A DNA stretch of 56,796 bases from a virus (Duplodnaviria > Caudoviricetes): positions 1 to 56,796 of the IMG/VR virus record IMGVR_UViG_3300012940_000029, one strand, 5' to 3'. Of the stretch, positions 9,960 to 18,957 are shown one piece after another (the first letter of the stretch is position 1; every line of letters begins with the position of its first letter). The notes beneath the pieces were generated by a model. That model was not told where the DNA came from. It ran no database searches and saw nothing but the letters and a program-made list of their open reading frames with translations. Position numbers and translations under genes: made by a program.

Positions 9960-10670
9960 ATGCAGCTCGACACCGACCTTCGCGCCCGGTTCGCCAAGGT
10001 GATCGACTCCGCGCGTGAGGCCGAGGAGAGCCAGGCCCGGGCCGCCAAGCCCGCCGGGACCCCGCGCCGCCCCTACGTCACCCAGGGCCGCATCAAGCTG
10101 ATCCGCGACATGCTCTTCGAGCGCTTCGACGCGGCCGAGGCCCAGCGCCGCTTCGACTACTTCGAGTGGGAGAAGATGAGCAAGGCCCGGTTCGACGAGA
10201 TCTACACCTGGCTGCGCCAGGTTCCGCGCATCGACGGCCAGGCGGCCCCGGTGCAGGCCCCGGTCATCCAGACCACCACCCCGCTGATCGAGGGCAAGTT
10301 CACCGTCGTCTTCGCCGACGGCGGCCACAAGACCCTGCGAGTGCGCCGCCAGCGCGAGGACTCCAAGTTCAAGCCGGGCGAGCTGCTGGTCGGCCACCTG
10401 GTCGGCCCCGACAACGAGAGCGACTACATCAACGTCGGCCACGTCACCCCCAGCGGCAACGTCGTCATCTGGCGCAAGCACCAGGGCAACGAGCGACTGG
10501 CCGAGGCCGTCCGCGTCCTGGTGGGCGACCCCCGGGCCGCCGCCGCCGCCTACGCCGAGGCCAGCGGCTCCTGCTGCGCCTGCGGGCGCACCCTCACCGC
10601 CCCGGTGGAGGAGAACCCCTTCCGCGCGATGGGCCTGGGCCCCGAGTGCGGAAAGCGGTCTGGATGGTGA
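9960..10670 (+). CDS. DUF6011-like Zn-finger protein
   Basis: ATG 9960 after GGAGG; C-terminal CCACGRTLT..GLGPECG. Confidence 0.7.
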   Translation: MQLDTDLRARFAKVIDSAREAEESQARAAKPAGTPRRPYVTQGRIKLIRDMLFERFDAAEAQRRFDYFEWEKMSKARFDEIYTWLRQVPRIDGQAAPVQAPVIQTTTPLIEGKFTVVFADGGHKTLRVRRQREDSKFKPGELLVGHLVGPDNESDYINVGHVTPSGNVVIWRKHQGNERLAEAVRVLVGDPRAAAAAYAEASGSCCACGRTLTAPVEENPFRAMGLGPECGKRSGW

Positions 10671-10693
10671 GCCGCTGAGAAGCAGAGCATAAT

Positions 10694-10721
10694 GAGAGGG
10701 CCGGGTCTCCCCGGCCCTCTC
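10694..10721. terminator. Intrinsic terminator hairpin
   Basis: GAGAGGGCCGG/CCGGCCCTCTC inverted repeat after a stop codon. Confidence 0.6.
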
Positions 10722-10745
10722 TGCGTTTCGCCCAGGAGCCTCCCC

Positions 10746-11027
10746 ATGCCCTCCCGCCGCGTCATCGACTGGCAGATCCGGCCGAACGGCGACGACACCT
10801 ACGACCTGCTGCTGCGGCACCGGCCCGTGCTCACCGGCAGCAGCATGACCGAGATCGGCAAGCACCTGCGCAGGCACCGCCAGCCGGGCCAGAGCGTGCA
10901 CCAGGTGGCCGAGGACGGTTACATCACCGACATCACCCGGGCGGTCGAGCGCCGCCAGCCCGCCCGGCGGACCCCGCCCGCGCGCAGGCGGCACCGCCCC
11001 GTGCGGATGCCCCTCATGCGCTTTTGA
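10746..11027 (+). CDS. Hypothetical basic protein
   Basis: ATG after AGGAG; GC3-rich; followed by hairpin 11050-11088. Confidence 0.65.
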   Translation: MPSRRVIDWQIRPNGDDTYDLLLRHRPVLTGSSMTEIGKHLRRHRQPGQSVHQVAEDGYITDITRAVERRQPARRTPPARRRHRPVRMPLMRF

Positions 11028-11115
11028 GCGTGCTCCTGGCAGGTGCACAGAACGACCCCGGAGGGGGTGGAAGCCTCCGGGGCCGTTCGCCGTTCTGCGG
11101 GCCGCTCAGGGTCGC

Positions 11116-11214
11116 TCAGTCGTAGAGAATGTGCCTTTCGCACAGGTGCTTCCCGTTGCACCCGCTGCCCTTGGCGCACATCAGGTTGCACACTACGCAA
11201 GGTTTGGTGCACAT
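11116..11214 (-). CDS. Cys/His-rich microprotein MCTKPCVVCNLMCAKGSGCNGKHLCERHILYD
   Basis: Hand-translated; RBS GAGGAGG; Cys/His spacing shared with 35566..35754. Confidence 0.7.
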   Translation of the reverse strand: MCTKPCVVCNLMCAKGSGCNGKHLCERHILYD

Positions 11215-11340
11215 ATCAGCCGCTCCTCCTCTCAGGTGAACGGTTCGGCGAAGAAGTCGAGGACGGCGTCCCAGAAGCCGCTTCCCGACCTTCCTGTCTT
11301 GCTCGTCCCGGTCCTGGACCGGCGCTTGCGGCGGCGATCC

Positions 11341-11595
11341 TCATGTCCCGGCCATTCTCTCGATCCGGTAGAGCAGTTCGGTGCCCATGTGCTCGGGGTC
11401 CAGCTCGTAGCGCACCGTCTTGACGCCCTCGTAGGCCACCTCGGCATGGCCCTCCAGCAGCAGCGGGGGCAGCGCCCCCTGCGGCAGGGCGGGGACGACC
11501 ACGCAGCAGGGAGGCTCGCCGAGCATGGTGATCTCCACGTTGGCCCGCAGGCCGTCCAGGTGCCCTCCCCAGAGCTGCCCCCTGGCCGTGCGCAT
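11341..11595 (-). CDS. Hypothetical protein
   Basis: ATG overlapping the upstream stop; LWGGHLDG motif. Confidence 0.6.
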   Translation of the reverse strand: MRTARGQLWGGHLDGLRANVEITMLGEPPCCVVVPALPQGALPPLLLEGHAEVAYEGVKTVRYELDPEHMGTELLYRIERMAGT

Positions 11596-12122
11596 TATTT
11601 GATCCTCTCCGCCCATTCGATCAGCTTGTTGACGTGGTGCTCGGCCAGTCCTATCCGGGGGTCGATCCGCAGCAGCCGGGTCGGGGCTACCTCATCGTCG
11701 CGCCACGCGCTCCAGAGCAGGTCCCCCGGCCCGATGGTGTCGTCGATCCAGGCGAACGGCCGGTCCCTCAGATGCTCCTCGATCGGGGGCACCTTGCAGT
11801 GCAGGTCGAGCCCGTTCCAGCTCGGGAAGACGTCCTGGCTGTCCCAGCACGGCACGTACGGCAGGCTCGGCAGGTCCAGCTTGGGGGACAGCTCCAGGTT
11901 GGCCTCGTCGTCCCACATCGTGCACCAGGTCAGGTGGTAGTGGTCCGACAGCCGGTACAGCCAGTCGCCCAGCTCGTGCCGCATCCGGATCCAGTAGGGC
12001 CCCACCTGGAAGATGTCGTAGGTCTTGCGGCTCTGGCTGCCGTTGATCGCGTTGAGCACGCCGTCCACGTCGATGAGCAGGAACGGCTTGCTCTCGTCAA
12101 ACTGCGCGACGTCCAGGATCAC
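11595..12122 (-). CDS. HAD-superfamily hydrolase (HAD_SAK_2-like)
   Basis: LLIDVDGVLN motif I, WCTMW motif II, FAWIDD motif IV. Confidence 0.85.
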   Translation of the reverse strand: MILDVAQFDESKPFLLIDVDGVLNAINGSQSRKTYDIFQVGPYWIRMRHELGDWLYRLSDHYHLTWCTMWDDEANLELSPKLDLPSLPYVPCWDSQDVFPSWNGLDLHCKVPPIEEHLRDRPFAWIDDTIGPGDLLWSAWRDDEVAPTRLLRIDPRIGLAEHHVNKLIEWAERIK

Positions 12123-12161
12123 TTCCCCTCCCAGGGCAGAGTACGGGCGAAGCGCTCATCT

Positions 12162-12180
12162 TACCAAGAAACCTTAGGAA
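12162..12180. promoter_or_regulatory. Operator copy overlapping minus-strand -10 TAAGAT
   Basis: TACCAAGAAACCTTAGGAA. Confidence 0.6.
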
Positions 12181-12283
12181 TGGCGACGGGCTTGCGTCCG
12201 GGGCATGTCATTCTGCCGCCCGAGCCAGGGAAGGGGTGGACGGAGGGAGCCAGGGTGTACGAACACGTTGCGAAGACGGTCGG

Positions 12284-12841
12284 CTACGCCGTTCCCTTCT
12301 TGCGTGCCATGTACCGCTTCTGCGCCTCGTTCCGGCAGGCACGACAGTGGCGCACCCCTCCGTGCTCGTACGTGTTCTCGGGGGTGAACTCATGACCGCT
12401 GTTGCAGTGGGTCTTGGCGAGGTTCCAGGCCGAGGGCGCATCACCGCGCAGCGTGTTCTCCCGGCTGGTCGCCGGACGCATGTGGTCCGGCCGGACACAG
12501 GCCCGGTTGTCGCACCGGAAGTGGTCCAGCACGAGCCCCTCGGGCACCGGGCCGTTGGCGCGCTCCCAGTAGACCTTCATCGCCTTGACGGTGCGGTAGC
12601 CGTCGCCCGATCGATAGTCCTCGGGCCGGACGCCCATGAGACCGTAGCCGTCTTCGTTGAGGTACTTCGCCCACACCCAACAGCCGGTGACGGGGTCCAC
12701 GGTGTAGTCGGGCTTGCGGGTGTTGTGCCCGTGGACGAAGCGGCGCGGCTCGCCCTTGACCCAGCCGTAGCGGGTGTTGTTCCTAGTCCAGACGCCGGGA
12801 TCTTGGCCGCAACCGCATTCGCACGGGGGCGTGGCGTTCAT
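12284..12841 (-). CDS. Free-standing HNH homing endonuclease
   Basis: CWVW..GYG..LDHFRCDNRACVRPDHM; C-terminal KTHCNSGHEFTPENT..RHCRAC; start could extend to 12871. Confidence 0.9.
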   Translation of the reverse strand: MNATPPCECGCGQDPGVWTRNNTRYGWVKGEPRRFVHGHNTRKPDYTVDPVTGCWVWAKYLNEDGYGLMGVRPEDYRSGDGYRTVKAMKVYWERANGPVPEGLVLDHFRCDNRACVRPDHMRPATSRENTLRGDAPSAWNLAKTHCNSGHEFTPENTYEHGGVRHCRACRNEAQKRYMARKKGTA

Positions 12842-12869
12842 AAGACGATGATCCTTCCGGAGGTCGATC

Positions 12870-15554
12870 ATGCTGCGTAAATATGCCGTTGCGACGGTGA
12901 TCGACGCCTACGTGGCCACGAAGCGCTCCTCGGCGCAGAAGACCGCCCACCGAGCGGTCTTCAACTACGAGCCGAGGCCGGGATATCTTTACGTGCGCTC
13001 TCGGATGATATCATCAAGATGCAACGACAACCACGACGAGTTCCCCGCCGAGGAGATCCGCAAGGCGTGGAAGACCGCCATCGGCAAGCCGGTCTTCGTC
13101 AACCACCACAACGAGGACCACAAGAGGATGCGCGGCGTGATCATCGACGCCGCCCTGCATGAGGACACCCTCCCCGACGGCAGGCCGGACGTGTGGATCG
13201 AGGCCCTGCACGAGATCGACGCCCAGCGCTTCCCCAAGCTCGCCCAGGCGATCATCGAGGGCCGGGTCAACCGCACCTCGATGGGCACCGACGTCGGCTA
13301 CTCGATCTGTTCGGCGTGCGGCAACAAGGCCACCACCCCGGCCGAGTACTGCCAGCACATCCCGCAGATGAAGGGCAAGATCCTCTACCGGCACACCGCC
13401 TCCGGCCAGCGCGAGGGTCACCTGATCCGGGAGATCTGCTACAAGCTCGGCTTCTTCGAGAACTCCTTCCTGGTGGAGGACCCCGCAGATCCGACGGCTG
13501 TGGTCACGGGCGTGGACGACCGGGGGCTGAGGGCCACCGCGAGCCTGACCAAGGAGGCGGCCCCCGAGGGCATGCGCTTCCGCTTCACGCGTGCCGAACA
13601 CCACCCCAACCGCAAGCACTTCCTGAAAGCGACGTTGCCTGATGAAGAGGGCCGTCACCGTGAGGTTGGCTACCTCATGTGGGAGCCCCACGACGGTCAG
13701 GTCTCAATGGTCCAGACCGATTACGACAAACGCGGCCAGGGCATCGCCTCCGCGCTGTGGCACCGAGCCCACGAGGTCGCCGGGCAGCATGGTCTTACAC
13801 CGCCTCGGCACTCCGATGTGCAGACGCCGGACGGCATGGAATGGGCGCAGAAGGTCGATCAGCAGCCGATCCACGCGCCGGGTCACGGTCAGCAGAGCCT
13901 CTTCGAGGTCCCCCCGGAGCAGGGCGGCACCGAAGTGGCCGGAGTGCCCCGGCCCCGGCACGACGACCTCTTCGACCACCTTCTCCACGATCACGCCGAG
14001 TGGGGGCGCGAGAGTGTGGAGCAGATGCGCGACAGCGGCAGCCTGGAGTCCGCACACCAGCGGCTGCACGCCAATCCGGAGATGTTCCCGGGCAGGCACT
14101 TCCACATCCACGGCGTGAAGTCGTCCCTGCCCAAGGTCGCCGAGTACGACGTCCCCTGCGAGCGGCCCGGCTGCGGCACGCACTGGGGCCCGCATGGCGC
14201 GGCCGGGCTGCTGATCCACCACGACGACCCCGAGGACGGCCAGACCCGCTACCTGCTCCAGAAGCGCGCCCCCTGGGTGGACCACGGCGGCACCTGGGGC
14301 ATCCCCGGCGGGGCTCTGCACGAGGGTGAGAGTCCCGAGGAGGGTGCCCGGCGCGAGGCCGAGGAGGAGATGGGCGAGCTGCCCGACGGGCTCGTGCACC
14401 ACCGGACCCACTCCGACGACCACGGCGGCTGGGTCTACCACACCGTGAGGATGAGGGCCGACGAGCCGTTCCACCCGGGCGAGTGGGACGACGAGTCCAC
14501 CGGCCACGGATGGTTCACCAGGGCGGAGATGCGGAACATGGACCTGCACCCCGGCTTCGCCCAGAGCCTGCCGGAGGTCCTGGGGGAGCACCGCAAGGAG
14601 TCCTCGCTGCCCTCCATCGAGATCGAGGCCGCCCGCTACGACAAGCACCAGCACCCGGGCCTGATGAGAGACGAGGGCGACATCCACATGCGCAATCCGC
14701 ACCGCAGGCCCTCCAGCCTGCCGTCCCTGGCCTTCCGCAAGGGTGCGCCCTTCGCGGGCTATGAGGACTTCGAGGACTGCGAGGAGAAGAACGCCGACAA
14801 GGAGGACCCCGAGGCGTACTGCGGGGAGATCAAAAAGCGCACCGAGGGGCGGCGCTCCAGCCTGCCCACCCTGGCCTACGGCGAGACCAAGGCCCCGCAG
14901 GATGTCGATACCCTGCGGGCCGAGAGCTGCCCCGTGTGCGGCGAGGTCGATGCCTTCGACGGCGACCGCTGCCAGGTGTGCAACTTCCTCCAGCCGCCGA
15001 GCATGTTCACCGACCCGGACACCGGCGTCGCCCGGCAGATGGAGCTGCGCAAGGACGAGATGGGCCAGCAGGCCCAGGTCGGACCGGACGGCCAGCCGAT
15101 CCCCGGCCAGGAGGGCATGGACCTCAACGACCCGCTCGGCCAGGACCCGGTGATGCAGGGCCTGCCGGGGCAGGCCGAGGATGGCGTGGCCGACCTGTTC
15201 TGCCCGGCGTGCGGCTTCTCGGCCGACACCCAGGCCCCGATGACCAACAACGACCCGTCGCTGCCCAGCGGGCAGCAGGGCCTGCTGGCGGGCGACGTCT
15301 GCCCCAACTGCGGCGAGGCCACCATGCTGTCCCCCAACGACGTCGGCATGCTCGGCGGCGAGGTCCCCCAGGAGATCGCCGATGACGCCAACGCCAACGG
15401 CGTCCCCGACGACCAGGAGGGCGAGATGCCCGTGGAGGAGGGCGAGCTGGACGAGGAGGCCGACGCCGAAGCCGAGGCCGATGCTGTAGAGGACGAGGAC
15501 GAAGCTCCGAAGGGGCGGAAGGACAACACGCGCCGCGCAGCCAGGCGCGGATGA
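12870..15554 (+). CDS. Prohead (capsid maturation) protease fused to GNAT-like and NUDIX modules and Zn-ribbons
   Basis: GKPVFVNH..TSMG..CSACGN..CQH..FFENSFLVEDPADPTA protease pattern; KRGQGIASALW; GGALHEGESPEEGARREAEEEMG Nudix box. Confidence 0.85.
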   Translation: MLRKYAVATVIDAYVATKRSSAQKTAHRAVFNYEPRPGYLYVRSRMISSRCNDNHDEFPAEEIRKAWKTAIGKPVFVNHHNEDHKRMRGVIIDAALHEDTLPDGRPDVWIEALHEIDAQRFPKLAQAIIEGRVNRTSMGTDVGYSICSACGNKATTPAEYCQHIPQMKGKILYRHTASGQREGHLIREICYKLGFFENSFLVEDPADPTAVVTGVDDRGLRATASLTKEAAPEGMRFRFTRAEHHPNRKHFLKATLPDEEGRHREVGYLMWEPHDGQVSMVQTDYDKRGQGIASALWHRAHEVAGQHGLTPPRHSDVQTPDGMEWAQKVDQQPIHAPGHGQQSLFEVPPEQGGTEVAGVPRPRHDDLFDHLLHDHAEWGRESVEQMRDSGSLESAHQRLHANPEMFPGRHFHIHGVKSSLPKVAEYDVPCERPGCGTHWGPHGAAGLLIHHDDPEDGQTRYLLQKRAPWVDHGGTWGIPGGALHEGESPEEGARREAEEEMGELPDGLVHHRTHSDDHGGWVYHTVRMRADEPFHPGEWDDESTGHGWFTRAEMRNMDLHPGFAQSLPEVLGEHRKESSLPSIEIEAARYDKHQHPGLMRDEGDIHMRNPHRRPSSLPSLAFRKGAPFAGYEDFEDCEEKNADKEDPEAYCGEIKKRTEGRRSSLPTLAYGETKAPQDVDTLRAESCPVCGEVDAFDGDRCQVCNFLQPPSMFTDPDTGVARQMELRKDEMGQQAQVGPDGQPIPGQEGMDLNDPLGQDPVMQGLPGQAEDGVADLFCPACGFSADTQAPMTNNDPSLPSGQQGLLAGDVCPNCGEATMLSPNDVGMLGGEVPQEIADDANANGVPDDQEGEMPVEEGELDEEADAEAEADAVEDEDEAPKGRKDNTRRAARRG

Positions 15555-16528
15555 CCCGTATGAGGGAGAACATGGGTACCAAGCCGAACAACGCGGCGGC
15601 GGAGTCCTCCAAGGTCGCCGCACTGGAGACGAAGGTCGCCGCGCTGGACATGCACCTGCGGGCCGCCACTGCCGCCCTGGAGGTCGCGGGCCAGCAGCTC
15701 CACTACCTGGCCACCGTCGCCGGGGTGTCGAGCGAGTTCGAGGCCCTCAAGCGCGAGGGCGCGAAGAAGGTCGCCGACATCATGAACCCGGGGCAGCCGA
15801 TCCCCGACCCTCCGGGCGGCGCTCCGACCCAGTCCACCGAAGAGGCCGAGTTCCCCGAGGCGTTCGACGACCCGCGTAACCCGGGCATCACGCCGGGCTC
15901 GACCGGCCGCGTCCCGGCCCAGCAGGTGGACTCCCCGCTCGCGCCGGGCACGACCATGCCGGTCAACCCCTACACCCAGCTCGTGGACGTCACCCAGCCG
16001 GTGGCGGGCACCGAGACCCACGTGCCGTACGAGCAGACCAAGATCGAGACGGACGTGCGCGTCGGCGACCCGATGGTCAACGCCACCAGCCCGGAGGGCT
16101 ACGGTTTCCCGCTGACCGGTCCGTTCGCGGCTGACGGCGCGTCTTACGCGGGCACCACGACCTCGCCGGGTTTCCAGGACCAGGGCCGCACGATGGCCTC
16201 GATCCGGCTGGCCAAGCTGCGCAAGAGCGCGGGCCTGGTGCCCGCCGACCAGGACGAGCTGATGGTCGCCACCGGCATCGAGCGCACCGCCGCGCTCAGC
16301 GACGAGATGATCAACCACGAGATCCGCACCCTGGAGGCCACGCTCAAGGCGCAGGGGTCCCGGACACCCAAGCGCCGCCAGGGCGGCCCGCTGCCCAAGC
16401 AGGCCAGCCAGCGCCGGGCCCCGAGCCTGGCGGGCGTCTCGGAGATGGCCGTGACGGCGGCCGGGTCCTCCTTCGACGACGGCGACGCCTCCGACCTGTT
16501 CCTGTCCGAGTCGCTCACCTCGGACTGA
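15551..16528 (+). CDS. Putative scaffolding protein
   Basis: Between protease and capsid genes; coiled-coil N-terminus, acidic tail. Confidence 0.55.
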   Translation: MTRMRENMGTKPNNAAAESSKVAALETKVAALDMHLRAATAALEVAGQQLHYLATVAGVSSEFEALKREGAKKVADIMNPGQPIPDPPGGAPTQSTEEAEFPEAFDDPRNPGITPGSTGRVPAQQVDSPLAPGTTMPVNPYTQLVDVTQPVAGTETHVPYEQTKIETDVRVGDPMVNATSPEGYGFPLTGPFAADGASYAGTTTSPGFQDQGRTMASIRLAKLRKSAGLVPADQDELMVATGIERTAALSDEMINHEIRTLEATLKAQGSRTPKRRQGGPLPKQASQRRAPSLAGVSEMAVTAAGSSFDDGDASDLFLSESLTSD

Positions 16529-16531
16529 CCG

Positions 16532-16723
16532 GTGTACGCCGTGACGATCAAGACCGGCCTGGACAACGTCGTCCTCGGCGGCCGGGGACCGTTCACCGCC
16601 GGGGACGTCGTGCTGCTCACCGATCAGGAGTACGCCGCGATCCGGCCCGGCGCGCACGCGACGCTGTTCGAGGACACCCCCGCCGGGGTCGACACCACGA
16701 CGGGGGCCGGATACCCGACCTGA
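16532..16723 (+). CDS. Small hypothetical (head) protein
   Basis: GC3-rich 63 aa ORF followed by a terminator. Confidence 0.6.
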   Translation: MYAVTIKTGLDNVVLGGRGPFTAGDVVLLTDQEYAAIRPGAHATLFEDTPAGVDTTTGAGYPT

Positions 16724-16739
16724 GCCGCTCCGCCAGAGC

Positions 16740-16783
16740 GAAGCCCCGGTTCTTCCCTCCTGCACCGGAAGAACCGGGGCTTC
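16740..16783. terminator. Intrinsic terminator
   Basis: 17-bp inverted repeat GAAGCCCCGGTTCTTCC/GGAAGAACCGGGGCTTC. Confidence 0.75.
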
Positions 16784-16874
16784 TTGCTGTCCAAGTGACC
16801 TTCAGAGCACAGCGAATGGGTGAAGGGAGCCGTCCAGTCGGCTCTGGATCACGAGAGTCTGATTGGAGGGAACC

Positions 16875-17408
16875 TTGCTCCGGACGCGAATGAACAGCTC
16901 GTACATCAAGCGGACCTTCCGCCCGTTGTACGGCTGGACGCAGATGACGCCCAAGTCGGTCTTTCTGGACCCGTCTTGGGACCGCAGCACGCCGATCTGG
17001 CCAGGCATGGTCATGACCAAGGCGGTCGGCGAGAACGTTACGCTCTGCGGTGCAGGTTCGGGTGCGGGCGGCGTCGGCACGGCGGCCAACAACGTGCCCT
17101 ACGGCTTCGCCGCGCTGTACGTCGGCGGCGACGGCATCGACGAGCCGCTGGACGTCGGCATCAACGCCTTCGCCGTCTGGGTGATGAGCCCCGACGCCGA
17201 GGCCGAGGTCCTGGCCCCCGCATTCGCCACGTCGCTCACCTACACCGACACCGCCGGGTCCGAGACCCTGCTGCACGTCGGCACGGCGGGCCCCACCATC
17301 GGCAAGCTGGTCCCCTCGTCGGAGACCGACAAGACCACCGCGCCGGTCGCCCGGCTGCTGAAGGTCAACTCGCCGACGAAGATCACGATCGGAGGTCTGC
17401 GGCCGTGA
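16875..17408 (+). CDS. Capsid decoration/minor capsid protein
   Basis: TTG after GGAGGG; immediately upstream of the major capsid gene; IWPGMVM motif. Confidence 0.65.
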   Translation: MLRTRMNSSYIKRTFRPLYGWTQMTPKSVFLDPSWDRSTPIWPGMVMTKAVGENVTLCGAGSGAGGVGTAANNVPYGFAALYVGGDGIDEPLDVGINAFAVWVMSPDAEAEVLAPAFATSLTYTDTAGSETLLHVGTAGPTIGKLVPSSETDKTTAPVARLLKVNSPTKITIGGLRP

Positions 17409-18388
17409 CCCAGCTCACCGCCTCCGGCCTCGGCCGGACCGTCGCCCGCAAGAGCGACGACTACGTGGCCGAACTGACCGCTCGCCAGGCCAACGGCCGC
17501 ACCCTGTCCCACAAGGACAAGGTCAAGAAGCTGGCCCTCATCCTCAAGGACGAGGTCTCCGGCATCAAGCGGCTCGGCGTCGGCATGGTCGGCCCGATCC
17601 AGCTCAAGCTGCGCTACCAGGGCGTCACCCGCAACATGCTGATGGAGGACCCGGTCACCCCCGGGACCCCCGTCGAGTACGACGTGTGGGACGACCTGGG
17701 CCAGGCGTACATCATGTCCGGCACCGAGGGTGAAGTCCGCGTCACGCCCTTCGAGGGCAAGCGCGTCCCGGTCCGCTTCTTCCGCATCGCCAGCCAGCCT
17801 GCGATCCGGAAGGAAGACCTGTTCTACCTGCGCATCAACGCGGTCGAGCAGGTCCAGGACGAGACCAAGCAGGCGATCCTCAAGCAGGAGGACGCCCGGC
17901 TGCTCGTGCTGCTCCAGGCGGCGCTGACCGACTACGCCACCCGGCCCGACCACGTGGTCACCCCGAACCACGACATCACCGAGGCGTCCGGCTACCTGAC
18001 GCCGGGCTCGCTCTACTCGGCCGTGTCCATGACGGACATGCACGAGCTTCAGAGCGCGCGGATCCTGATCAACCCGATGGACTTCCGGGACATGTACCGG
18101 TGGGACATCAACCAGACGGGCTGGGCCTTCAAGGACCGCGTCGTCGCCGGTCAGCAGATCACCAGCTTCGGCGAGTTCCAGATCCAGCGGTCCATCGCGG
18201 TCCCGCAGAAGAAGATCTTCCTCACGCCGGAGCCGAACTTCCTCGGCGTCTTCCCGGTCCTGTACTCGCTGGACGTGGAGGAGAACCACAACGTCCCGGC
18301 GTTCTGGAAGGGCTGGGTATTCGACGAGATGGTGTCGATGGCCATCCTGAATCCTCGCGGTATCGCAACGATCACGAAGACGCCTTGA
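17405..18388 (+). CDS. Major capsid protein (Bxz1/cluster C-like)
   Basis: GPIQLKLRYQG..YDVWDDLGQAY..TPFEGKR recalled as similar to the Bxz1-type capsid; GTG start at 17405 rather than 16820. Confidence 0.88.
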   Translation: MTQLTASGLGRTVARKSDDYVAELTARQANGRTLSHKDKVKKLALILKDEVSGIKRLGVGMVGPIQLKLRYQGVTRNMLMEDPVTPGTPVEYDVWDDLGQAYIMSGTEGEVRVTPFEGKRVPVRFFRIASQPAIRKEDLFYLRINAVEQVQDETKQAILKQEDARLLVLLQAALTDYATRPDHVVTPNHDITEASGYLTPGSLYSAVSMTDMHELQSARILINPMDFRDMYRWDINQTGWAFKDRVVAGQQITSFGEFQIQRSIAVPQKKIFLTPEPNFLGVFPVLYSLDVEENHNVPAFWKGWVFDEMVSMAILNPRGIATITKTP

Positions 18389-18418
18389 TCCACTACCCTG
18401 CGTAGCGAAAAAGGCGTC

Positions 18419-18463
18419 AGGACCGCCCAAACCGGACACGGTGCGGGCGGTCTTTTCGTTTTG
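18419..18463 (+). terminator. Terminator after major capsid gene
   Basis: AGGACCGCCC/GGGCGGTCTT stem followed by TTCGTTTT. Confidence 0.7.
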
Positions 18464-18875
18464 TACCCGGTACAAGAACTACGGCAACGGCCACAACAAG
18501 TACTGCTCGAACGAGTGCGCCCAGAAGCACACCAAGATCAAGAAGCACATCGTGGTGGACGACGCCATCGTGCTCGACTCCGGTTACGAAGCTCTCTTCT
18601 GGGGCCTGTGCACCACCCTGAAGATCCCCATCGAGCGGTTCGACCGGCAGTACGGCGTCGCGTGGCGCGAGGGCTGCTGGTACGCGCCGGACTTCTGGCT
18701 GCCGACTCTGGGGACGGCCGTCGAGCTGAAGGGCCTGGAGGACGCTGAGGACGAGCTGAAGTGGGCGGCCTACCGGGAGCAGCGTAGTGCCCTGAAGGTC
18801 TTCCTGCATATGGACCTGGTGGATATGATTTCCGCCAAGGGCGATGTGATCGCGACGATCACGAAGACTCCGTAG
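18441..18875 (+). pseudogene. 5'-truncated PD-(D/E)XK endonuclease ending in a copy of the capsid C-terminus
   Basis: KYCSNEC half Zn motif, YAPDFWLP..VELKG catalytic motif; no RBS or start outside the terminator; ends IATITKTP. Confidence 0.7.
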
Positions 18876-18957
18876 GCCCCCACACCCTACGGACCCCCAG
18901 GGCCCGCCTCTCCTGTCGGAGGGGCGGGCCTCCCCGTGGAAGGGTGGAGGAGGCCCG

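Noticed and set aside
11232-11345. Possible frameshifted tail (GHEDRRRK..FAEPFT) of gene 11341-11595
   Set aside because: No slippery site or in-frame start; cannot be distinguished from a pseudogene fragment or sequencing error
16820-17404. N-terminal extension of the capsid ORF in the ORF track
   Set aside because: Overlaps the decoration gene in another frame; the capsid-like sequence begins at GTG 17405
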